Sequence record: OR687155.1
Source: Pseudomonas phage PIP
Length of the DNA stretch: 32,000 bases
Direction: 5' to 3' (one strand)
In this document: positions 1 through 10,430 of the stretch, one piece after another
Layout: every line of letters begins with the position of its first letter
How positions within the stretch are numbered: position 1 is the stretch's first letter
Notes under the pieces: model-generated
The model's database searches: none
What the model was told of the DNA's origin: nothing
Seen by the model: only the letters and a program-made list of their open reading frames with translations
Translations under genes and position numbers: made by a program

Positions 1-639
1 ACGACGGCGAGGCGGACGAGGGTGAAGCACGGCTGAACCTTGTAGATCCTGGACGAAAGCGGTCCTACCGCAGCACTGACCTGAATGGGTACCGCAGACC
101 AGCACCGCAACCCATCCGGTGCGAAGGACAAGAACGAAGCTGAGGGCGCTGGTGCAGTGAAACTGAGTTGGCGTTTCCATGAACAACGACGGCCAAACGG
201 CAACCGGTATGACGAGACCCAGATGCAGTCCCCGCAACTGCGCGGCGTGACGTTGGATAAGATCCCGTCCAGTGTCCACCGATACGAAGGACACCACCAG
301 CACGCCGACGAACTCCATCCAAATCGGGCAGGCTTGCGCTTGCAGTGAACCGGGGTGAAGCGGACTACCGGCAGAACTTGTCCATGCAGAGCCAGACACG
401 CTAACCACCGTGGGCGGTACCGAGAAAACCGACGCCGCGAAGACGAAGGCACGTCCTGCACTGGTGCGGGCAGCATGACCGAAGTGGAGCAAGGCGGTGA
501 CGCGAAGTACACCGGCGCTCAATCCGCAAGGCCCATCCGAGCAGCGCTAGGCAATCCGGAGAATGACCGCAAGCGTGCGGAGACCCGTCCGGCCTGCTGA
601 CCAATCCGGCGGTAACAACACCGAAAGTGGTCCGTCCGA

Positions 640-1007
640 CAGACCTGCACCGGCGCACAAACTGCAACGCTGGAACCAGATTGCGATGACTGGAAAACGG
701 TGCTGGAACCGCTGTTGAAAACCCAGGCCCAGTGGATGGGTGCCAACCCAGACGACGTGAAAGTTCACTTCGAACCCGAGTCCGCTGACCTGAGATGACC
801 GGTAAGGACCTGGTTGATTCTATGACGGTCCGCACCATGGCGCGCCGCAATCCAAGAAGTCCAATCCATGCGATGCTGGTGGACCGCGGTGTGACGAAAA
901 TGGACCTCGACGAAATGGAAGAGACCGGAGAAGAGGACGTCACGTCCCACCGGGCGGCGGTATGGGCGCAGGGGGCGACCCAGCGCTGGTCCGGTACGCA
1001 AGAATAG
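640..1007 (+). CDS. C-terminal part of a phage structural protein, possibly portal; frame-disrupted
   Basis: Spliced frames read LEPLLKTQAQWMGANPDDVKVHFEPESADL / MTGKDLVDSMTVRTMARRN...MLVDRGVTKMDLDEMEE / PPGGGMGAGGDPALVR. Position upstream of the capsid gene fits a portal. Product is inferred mostly from synteny. Confidence 0.3.
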
Positions 1008-3142
1008 CGGGGTATAAGACATGGCTTACCATGAAGACAAATACTTTATCCTGTAATATAGCGTCTGGGGGATTTGAAAGAGGGGCTAAATACAACCAAC
1101 CCAGGCTTGGATGAGCAAGTATGGCTGACAACCTGATGCTGAGCGCGCTAAGACTTACGCAAGAACAACAGCATCCCGCTCCAAAGGCGGTTCTGTAACC
1201 TTGGGGTCCGGGATGTTGAAGGGGCAGAAAAGTTCGGGAATGTTGCAACCGGTAAGCGGAAAGTCTGGAGATCCAGCGCACATTTGGGACCGATGACGTA
1301 TTACCTGAAGGATGGTATTCCGACAACCCGTGGCAGAACGATGAACCCAAAGACCGATACGATAATCTTAATACAAAGACGTAATGAATTAGCCAGGCTT
1401 TTTATAACCGGGAGTTAATAAGGAACAGACCTGGCGAATATGTGCAGTTGGCAGATATTGGAAAAATCCTCGACAGAAGTCCGGAGATCCTGAAGGCTGC
1501 TGGTTACCAAGGAGGCGCAACATTAGGAACTGCTACCGAGATTGCTCAACGAAGAGCTGCTTGATGCGCTGGTGTACCACCAGATTTACAATCCTGCGTT
1601 ATAGCGGCTATGTGCGCAAACCGCATAACTGACATCCTGAATGCAAGCGAAGATGAGCTTGTCCACCGTAATCCGTGACAAGCTGCGCACAATGCAGGGT
1701 TTGAGAACCTTGTAGAGTGGCAGCGCTTGAAGTCCGATAAGCTACGCCCAAAGCGATCCGCATGGAACCTGGGACGAAGCAACCAAGTCCTGACCGAGGA
1801 AATGGTCCGACTACCGTACCAGGAGCCGATCCAGCTTGACGCCAACCTGGAGACGGTGCTACCCAGAGTACCGAGACTACCAGTCCAGCGCGGGTCCTGC
1901 GACAGACCGCACTCACCGCGCCCGTCCGAGGTACCGCAATCCTGAAGGAGTGGGCAGACACGATGGCAGCGGACGACATCCGACGCAATCCATAGTCCAA
2001 TCCAGGCGGGCATGATAGCGGGCGAGGACATGGCAACCATTGCGCGACGTGTACCGGACTGGTACGCCCAGAGGCGCTGACGGTGTAACGGAGACCATCC
2101 GTAGGCAGATCCAACGACCATGCGGACTGCTGTGCAGCACACCGCCAACGGTGCGCGCGACGCATGGTCCAAGCTGACAATGTGGACAATCCCTAGCGCA
2201 GAACAGTCCGTGGCAACGCTGGACCCGGACGACGACCCATCGCAGCCTTGATGGAAAGACGTCCCGTAGGTAGGAATCCAGCCCGCACGTTGTATTCAAT
2301 CTGCCAATCCTTGGCAACCGCGGCGATTGATGGTACGGCCCGCCGGTGACCATCCTGCAAAGCTCCATCTACTGAAAAGATCCTGGTGAAGGAATATGCA
2401 GACAAGAACGGACCTGGGCGACACCAGTCTGCGTGACGCGCTGCCGCGTGGAACGAAAGGTGATTACGACAAGTGGGCGCGCGGAAGGGTGCGGGAACTG
2501 GTGGGGCCGATCCCATCCCGACCAGCTACCAGACGTGGATCTGAGTACCAATCGGTTGCGTCCCAAGACGAAGTGATGGGCGTAACGAAGGCAAAGCTGT
2601 CCTGCGACGGTGGATTGGAACTGGACAAGTCCGTCCACCGCAACGGAGACGAATTAACCCTCCGGGAGCTTGCACAGAAGCACGCTGACGCATCCTGCAC
2701 GCTGGGCTGGACCCGAGCAAGTATTGACCATAATGGTAAAATTAGCAACCCGCCACATGAGTGGCATTTGACTAGGAGATGGAGCATGGTCCCAAAGCGA
2801 TCCTGATCCGACCGACGATCCTGAAGACGGCAGAAAGAGTATGTGGAGAAGAACGGTAAGTCCGAACCCAGGTGGAAGGCATGAAGACGCAGGCGGACAA
2901 CCGATCAACGGCAGGGTGCGGCCCACTAAGGAACGGAATGACCACAAGGCATCCGTGAGCGAACCTGGTTGGTCCGGCGAACCGTAAGACCGAGGACGTG
3001 CTGGCGACCCTGGACCGCATCCTGGAATTGAAGCTGTAACGCGGGCAAGCTGGATGAGAACAAGTCCAACGAGCTACCGAAGGCCGCACCGAGACCTGCA
3101 CCGTCCCGGCCCGAGCGCGAGAAGGACTGGCTGGCCCAGCGC

Positions 3143-3360
3143 GTGCAGGAGTCCCGGTGTGGTGGAACAGTCCCGAATCCAAGGAAAAGACCCGCACGAT
3201 CCATGACGCTGTGCGTGAAGCGGTGGGCAGCACCAGGGCTTCCAATCCGAGCGCGGTGGAAGACGTCCTCCAGTACGGCGAGCGCATGTCCGAGTTCACG
3301 AAGAAGGCAGCGTCACCATCTGCGACGGTACTCGGCACCTATCCGGCACCGATGTGACCG
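3143..3360 (+). CDS. Phage head-region protein C-terminus, unknown function, frame-disrupted
   Basis: Natural-looking protein segment ESKEKTRTIHDAVREAVGSTRASNPSAVEDVLQYGERMSEFTKKA in the 3157..3357 ORF, upstream of the capsid cluster. Confidence 0.4.
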
Positions 3361-3375
3361 TGTGGCCTAGCTGAG

Positions 3376-3633
3376 ATGCAAACCAAGAAGACCCATTGGT
3401 GGGATCCACCGCAGGGCGGTGGCGCTGGTGGCAACCGTAACGGCGGCGGTGGCGGTGCGAACCCGTGGAGCGCTGAAGGCTGGAACATGACGGAGCAGAA
3501 TCGAACCCGAGGAGAATCCGTCCCGTGCCGAGAAGCGCTCGAGAGCGCTGGTACTACCACTGGTGATCCAGTCCGCAATCCTGCAAATAACCAACCTGGG
3601 GCTTGTAACCTGAAGGGCCCAGTGCTACATTAG
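3376..3633 (+). CDS. Small phage head-module protein with Gly-rich linker and NPWxxxxxNxTEQ motif
   Basis: ORF MQTKKTHWWDPPQGGGAGGNRNGGGGGANPWSAEGWNMTEQN... A frame change gives RENPSRAEAL. This resembles the small 'NPW...NLTEQxRI...P' proteins often found just upstream of phage major capsid genes. Confidence 0.55.
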   Translation: MQTKKTHWWDPPQGGGAGGNRNGGGGGANPWSAEGWNMTEQNRTRGESVPCREALESAGTTTGDPVRNPANNQPGACNLKGPVLH

Positions 3634-3738
3634 GACCTGCTGTGGCATGGTTTGTACTAACGACCGAACGCCAGCCATGGGGTGCTGGATCCGATTCGAG
3701 CAAATCTTGACCCGAACCTTCCTGGAAGGAGAATCCAT

Positions 3739-4789
3739 ATGGTTCCGGTAATCTGCACCGCTGATGTCACCATCCTGAGACCTCCACCCATATCCAGCAA
3801 TGACCTAGGAAAGTCCTACCTGATCTGGTTCCGGCGCGACCAGCTTTGGATGCCCAGGCCCAATAGCAGTCCTGCGGGTGGTGAACCTGATGTCCATCGA
3901 GCCACCGTCTGAGGACCTGGACAATGACGCTGAAAATCCCGACCGATGATCCCGCAACTGACAGTATGCCGAATAAGACCGGTACTGCTACTGAGATCCA
4001 GGATCCGCCTACCGTGGAATAACCTTGAGTCCATGGACCTTCCGGCGACCTGCTGGTGTGGACTCTATGCAAGCGGACCGCCAACCGTAGATCCCGACTA
4101 CTGGACTCCGCCTGCAGGCCGCAGTCCGTTGCGACCCTGAACGGTGTGTCCAGGACAATGCCAGCAGTCCATCGGCACCGAGCACGATCCAGAACGACAT
4201 GACCCATGACGTTCCGGCACCAGCTCCGTGGATGGCGTGACGAACTCAGCGCGGAAGCGTCCACCGACGGCCGCTACCATGGGCGACAGCATGGAAGACC
4301 CATGATGGTGATGGTGCATCCCGATAACGATGCGCGCATGCTGAAGAACAACCTGACCGACTCGTACCGGACAGCACCACGGTAATGTGGTCCGAATCCC
4401 GATCCTGAAATGCGAGGTGACCGTTGATGACGGCGTGTCCCGTCCAACGGTGTGTCCAATACCTGGCTGTCCACCGCGGTGCTGTCCGTGGCGGCATGGC
4501 CTCCAGCAGCTCGACGGAAGTGGACCGTAGTCGGCAGCCGGTAACGGCGGTAGCTAGACATCCTGTCCAACTGTACTGAATGGACCATCCGATCCACCGG
4601 CCATACCGATGCTGGTACTCTCGCCGAACGGTGGATCCGAGTAACGTCCCACTACGAATAAATCTGGCCCATGCCGATCCGTGGAAGCGTATCCTGGAGC
4701 GGAAGTAGATCCGGACCAGGCAACCCACCACTCTGCGAGTCCGAATCCAGACTGGAACAGAATCGCAAGACCTCTGTTCCGGGATTTAA
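3739..4789 (+). CDS. Phage major capsid protein, frame-disrupted
   Basis: RBS-like AAGGAG at ~3726-3731 before ATG 3739. Spliced anchors: IPTDDPATDSMPNKTGTATEIQ (~3940-4010), VATLNGV..DNASS..QNDMTHDV, MVMVHPDNDARMLKNNLTD..VPDST (4305-4378; family pattern M(V)HS..Y..L.K.NLI.FIPDS), LKCEVTVDDGV (~4404-4435; family pattern LG..VIVDDG), and NLAHADPWKRVLERKQIR near the C-terminus (~4661-4715; family pattern N.ELA...NW.RV...K.IR.V). End taken as TAA 4787-4789. Confidence 0.78.
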
Positions 4790-4809
4790 CTCCGAAAGGA
4801 GATGCGACC

Positions 4810-5207
4810 ATGAAAGGCCTCCTGTCCGATGCAGCCGAGGTCCTCGCCCACCGGAGATGCACTGAGAACCGTGAAGCTGAACAAGTCCTGACCATTACCA
4901 TGGTGCGACCGGCGTGGGCTCCGGCACTGCTGATCCTGGGCGACTGCCGGAAGGGAACATCCTGTCCCGGTGTGGTACCGTACGTGCAGACCACAAGGCG
5001 ACCGCTGGTGTGCAGGATACGTCCGACGGTGACTACAGCACCGGCAGCGCGTCGACCGCTGACGCCATCCTGAGCGGTCCTGAAGTGGATAACCACCGCT
5101 CCGACTGCGCTGGGTGCAGCGACCGCTGGCGTGATCCTGCGTGCGCGCGGTACCACGCCACCCGAGTGATCCTGGACAATACCGATGGATCCTTGAACTC
5201 AACCTGA
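4810..5207 (+). CDS. Small phage protein downstream of capsid, possibly decoration or other head protein
   Basis: Strong RBS GAAAGGAG just upstream of ATG 4810 (MKGLLSDAAEVLAH...EQVLTITM). One frame change near 4905-4915 leads into MGSGTADPGRLPEGNILSRCGTVRADHKATAGVQDTSDGDYSTGSASTADAILSG...TRVILDNTDGSLNST with stop at 5207. Product is inferred from position and composition. Confidence 0.5.
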
Positions 5208-5376
5208 ACCTGCTGAACCGACGATGCCACACTAGTCGCCGACAGCCAATCCCTGACGCTAGTGGTGAGTCCGATAATCACCGATAGCGTCCCGGCGACG
5301 ACTATGGTAGCGGACGCCTGCATATAACTGGTATAATGCAGGCGATCCGTTCTAACCACAAACCGGAGAATGACCC

Positions 5377-5607
5377 ATGACGAACAAGATTGTTGAAGCG
5401 CTGCCTGGCTGGATGCTCGAGAACGACAACCATTGGATGCTCGACGAACCCGCGCCTGGATACCGTGAAGATGCTGGCAATCCCGACCAGACTCCACCCG
5501 CGATCCCATTGCAGCGGCGGCGTCCGGTCCTGTACCACTGCAACCGGCTACACCGCATCCAGCGCCGAACAGCAGGATCCCGCAAGCACAAGCGCCTGAG
5601 GGGGTAA
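5377..5607 (+). CDS. Hypothetical phage protein start (MTNKIVEALPGWMLENDNHWMLDEPAPGYREDAGN...)
   Basis: ATG-initiated ORF with natural composition for ~45 codons before apparent frame changes; tightly spaced phage-like context. Confidence 0.35.
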   Translation: MTNKIVEALPGWMLENDNHWMLDEPAPGYREDAGNPDQTPPAIPLQRRRPVLYHCNRLHRIQRRTAGSRKHKRLRG

Positions 5608-6929
5608 CGGCGAGCAGCAGCAAAGAGGTCCCGCCATCCCGCAACGGTCCTGCAATCCTGCAGGCAACCGAACCCGACCAGCGAGCTGATGACCTGATGC
5701 TGGGCGCCTCGAATGTTCAAGATGGAAGGTCCTGCTGGCGTGGCAACCGATGACAACCGCGGCGGCCCGAAGCGGCGCTACCGAGCAAGAAGAGTCCGTG
5801 AGCAAGATCCGCGCGCACAAGCACCGATACCGATAAGGATCCCGAAGAAGCGCGTGCGAAGGAAGACGAGTCCGTGCTCGAGCTGGAAGAAGCGCATCCG
5901 CAGCGCAGCACCGGCAACGACAATCCAGGACTAACCAACGCCCAGCGCAAGAACCTGAAGTCCGTAGCGTCCACCAGCAGTTGGATCCGCGAAAGCGGCA
6001 ACCAACCTGAAGGAGCTGGCAAGCAACCTGAAGGCGCCGACCGACGCTGTCCGCGCATCACCGCAACAATCTGCGGGGGCTAAGCAATGAAGCAGGCACA
6101 GGTGGACCGCAAAGAACCGCAAAGGGCGCTCAGAACCGCACAGCATCCGCGGCGCTGACCGATATCCTCACCGAGTGACCATTCTGCCCATGCTGGCAAA
6201 CCTGCAACCTGAGAGCGTAGCCGGCGCACCGCCGGAACTACCGCTGCAACCACCTGCGGGAACCAGCAACCGAACGACCAAGACCCATCCTTGCGGCAGG
6301 CGAACCCATGACGCTGGACTATACCGAGCGCGCTGCTGTAATCATCCGGCAGCTGGTTCTGAAGTGCTGGCCCGATACTGACCCAAATCGCTCCAGCAAG
6401 ACCCGAGGTGCATAATGGCGTCCGTTGTTGAAGACGGTACTGTAAAGGCAGACGCCATCTGTACACCACACCTGCGGAAGCTGATGGGTACTCCGCTGAC
6501 CGCGGAATGACAGGCTGGACTGGTGCGGATGCTGTGAAGCAATCCGCGCTAACCGATGCCTACAGATTACAACCGAGGGGCGCTCCGGACAGCGCTCCAC
6601 CGGTAGCAAGAAGACGACCACACAGGCGCTGGCATGATCCCGCACTGGTGCGTTCGGCTCCGCTGACACGGATAATCCCTGTAAGTTGACCGCGCGTGCT
6701 GTGAATACGCTTTGCGGGCACTGACTGCTGAGCTGGCACCAGACCTGAGGTTGATGCAGCAACCCATTGCTACCGCAACGAAAAAGAAGGACCGACCTCA
6801 CCGAGACCGAATTTGCTGTCCCAGACTGCACCGAGGTCTACTTCGATGCTGTCCCATCCTTACCCTGCGGCGGACATGCTGTTGCGAGGGCTGGTTTATC
6901 CGGCGCCTAGGTGCACCAGGGTGACCAGA

Positions 6930-7120
6930 TGGCTACCGATTACAATGAATCCATCCAGCTTGCACAGGAACTGACCGCAGAGAACGCACCGTCCTACCGA
7001 GTCCAGAAACTGGACGCAACATCCCGATCCGAGTCCTGAAAGGATCCTGGCGCACCCATCGTGGCGGTAGAAAAGACCTACCTGCTGTGTCCAGCCCATA
7101 CCGGTCCAAATCTGGGGGCG
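6930..7120 (+). CDS. Hypothetical phage morphogenesis protein fragment (MATDYNESIQLAQELTAENAPSYRVQKLDA...)
   Basis: ATG GCT ACC GAT TAC AAT GAA TCC ATC CAG CTT GCA CAG GAA CTG ACC GCA GAG AAC GCA is a plausible N-terminus preceded by GGTG-type Shine-Dalgarno sequence; frame is lost downstream. Confidence 0.3.
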
Positions 7121-7692
7121 ATATTACCGAGTGAAGAGTCCGGACCGTGTGGAGCAGATCGCAACCCGTTGCTCGACAGACGTACCGCTGGAAGATCCGA
7201 CGCAATCCTGGACGACGGTGTCCGATGGAACATTGATTGGGCGCAAGCACCTGCTCCAATCCGCTACCGTGCTGTATGTATCCGGGGTGAAGCGATGACA
7301 TTTGATGAAGCGCGCGATACCAATCCCGGGTTTCCAAGGCGGCATGGGACCCGACGGGGTCCCTGCCGCTTGGACTGATAGCCCGGTAGTGTCCCACTAG
7401 CGAGACAGTGTGGGCCCGTGCATAACCCGGCACGCACTCAACCTGGCACCGTTAATCCGACGACCGAGGTGCGAAGAGCTACCGCGTACTGGAACAACGA
7501 TAATCCATGGTCCGTCCCGTGGGAGATGGGTCCATGGCCGGATACGATGCTGTCCAGCCCGTGGTGGATGCTTCCAGATGCCCGACAATCCCGAATGGTC
7601 CTGAGACGTGCGGATGAATGAAGCTGGGACGAGTGGGGCGTTTGAGCAATTGAACGATCCTGGCAACTCCTATGACGACGTGAGGTGACCAT

Positions 7693-7800
7693 ATGGCAAA
7701 CAAGACCGATCCGAACGTAATCAACCCTGGTCCGCCGAAGAGGTTCCTGAAATCTCTGGTCCGCCAACCGAGATCCTGGAACTGAATCTTATGTGGATCT
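7693..7800 (+). CDS. Hypothetical phage protein start, frame-disrupted
   Basis: TGAGGTGACCAT-ATG start. Spliced reading MANKTDPN... then NPWSAEEVPEISGPPTEILEL. Confidence 0.3.
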
Positions 7801-10430
7801 GGAGGCCAGATTGCTACTGAATCCGTAACCTCACCCAATCTACCGCGCCATGTAAGAAGGGCGTGACGACTGACCTGGACGTCCTGGCGGTTCCAATTCA
7901 GGACCTGACTCCAATAACACGACTCACCCATGTGCAGAGTCTCCTGCGGGACATCCGCGAGAAGAAAACCATGGCGTCCATGAACACGGCTGCAACGCCC
8001 ACCATTGGTGTGACGGGCGTCCAAGACCTATGCTGCCGCAGCGAACTTGACAGGTCCTGACCAACCAGCTGGACCATGGCGACTGGTTCCGGTGTTACGC
8101 CAACAACGGCATCTGAAGAGCATCGCTAGCGCGAGCACCGCGACCGCTGTAACCACCAACGAAGTAACCCTGACGAAGGATCCCTACCCAGCTGCTGGTT
8201 CCGAGACTGTGGGCTACCAGTCCGCAAGCGCGACCACCGATAACCACTATGAACGGTCCGCTGGTAAACCCAACCGTGCAAGCGGTACGTTTGATTCACT
8301 ACGCCAATCCCACCGCTGGTGAATGGGTATCCTGGCGGTGATGTACCGGCACGCAATCCGCGAACAACCGCGGATCCGCGCGGGTGAGCGTGACCGACGC
8401 GACCCGACCTGAGTCCGGACAAGGTAATCCGGACTCCGCAAGCGGAAGCTCGGTACTGGTAAGACCAATCCGCACCTTCCGGTCCAGGCCCGAGAACGAA
8501 AGCGATCCCGACGCTGACCTGAGCGCCGCACCTACCAAGTTGAGCGCACGCTGGGCGCCGACGCACGGTACGATGATCCGAATACCTTGTGGGCGCAGCC
8601 GAACGAGCTGACGTCCAATAACCGCGCAGGCTGACAAAGTGACGATGGACCTACTCCGTTGCGGTGGATAACGAACAGCGCACTGGCACCCAGGGCGTGA
8701 AGTCCCGGCACTCATCCGACGTTGGTCCTGGTCCCAGGTCCAATAATCCAGCGACTCAGCCGCACCTGAGTTGGCGCTGCCAGCAGCACTGACGTCCTGA
8801 TCCTGCTGGTCCAGCCTTGCGACCGAAATGCGCTACCGGTGAATAACAACGTGAGTCCGAACAAGGCGACCGGCGTGCTGGGCGCATCCGACACCAGCGC
8901 AGGCACCTCCGAGGTGGGCGGCAGTACGACGGCCCATCTGCGGGATGCCACTGCTGTGCAGGCTGTGCGCAATAACAGCGACGTGACGTACCGATAACCA
9001 CCATGCTGAAGAAGAACCTGCGCTGCTGTGGATAATCCCGCTGCTACCGCTGGGTGATACCAACCGGCGGTGGAGCAAGACCAGGCGACCATCTCCATCC
9101 TGGAAAACAACGCGGTGGAACCCAATCCAGCCACACTTCGTCCTCCAGAGTTCCTACTTACCTGACGTGGCTGGCGGCGTGTAGCTACAGGGGCGCGAGC
9201 AATGCAGTCCGCGTCCTGAAACTGCACCATGAGGTGAACCGAATGAATCCCGATAAACAATCCGAGACCGACAACACCTGGAGAAGGACGGCAATCCGCC
9301 CGAGTACGGTGAAAACAGCAAGGGCAAGCTCGACCCAGATCCGCGTGGCGCGTGCGGGCGGTCCGGAACAATGCCGACTTAACGGATGGAAGCGCGCGTA
9401 GTCCTACGCCAGATCCAGAACGAGACGATGGAACCTGCGCTGGTGGAGCGAACCACCGAAGAAGTGTATGCCGAAACCACCGTGGCCCGGCTGGGAGAAT
9501 CGAGGACGAGAACGGCAACGCGATGGAATCCCAACCGAGAACTGCAACTGAGTTGTCCGACGACTCGCCGGACTTGTCCCATGACATCCAGGGAGCAGAG
9601 TCTCATGTGCTGCAATCCTGCGCGGAGGTGCGGGAGGCTGACGCAAAAACTAACGGACGATCCTGTCCGATTACCTGGAGAAATCCCACGGAAAAGTCCA
9701 CCATCCAATAGTGCGTCCAATAACGCTTACTGCTACCGGAGAAGACGCTACATCCCTGAACTGCTGCTAGGACTGGAGATATACCATATGGATCCTTGAC
9801 TTAACCACATACCGCGGAACTGGCTATAACACCGAAGGATCCAACCAGTTAGTCCGCAAAGGAGTGGGCGGACGCAAACGAAACCGAGGGAGAGCAACGC
9901 GAGGACCTGATCCGACCACATACAGGCAATCCGACAAGCACCGATCCTGACTCCAAAGCGAAGAAGTTGAAGAGCGCCTACGCAACAAACAGGAGCTGGC
10001 AAATAGATGACCGACTTGGAGACAGTCCGTGGGACGGATCCGTGTGATGGGTAAGCGTAACCGAAAAGAACGCTGATGCCTATGACGCGGAATACCGCAC
10101 CCGCTGTTGATAGCGTTGTACCACCGCCACTTCTACCGATATAAATCGCGCAGCGTCCGAATCTGGCATACCAATCCTGAAATCTGCTAGTGGGACGCGC
10201 GACGCAATCCGACCAACTCACCGAGCTGCAACCGCAGAAGGCCGACGGAGACCGCTAAGTACAAGGGCGGTCCCAATCCGATATCCATGAACAACTCGAT
10301 ATAACCGGACGGCTGAATGACGGTTACTCAGCATAGTCCCTACCGGGCTTTGTTGAGAAGGCAAACCGAACAACGATGCTGCGCAGGGCGTCCGAGCTCT
10401 GTTGCAGAACGCTTTGAAAGAGGAGCTGTA

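Noticed and set aside
3767-4264. 165-aa minus-strand ORF
   Set aside because: Antisense to the reconstructed major capsid gene; low-complexity Arg/Ser/Cys-rich shadow ORF.
8712-9587. 291-aa minus-strand ORF
   Set aside because: Shadow-like composition, and it overlaps + strand segments that read naturally with small frame corrections (MNPDKQSETDNTW/EKDGNPPEYGENSKGKLDPDPRG).
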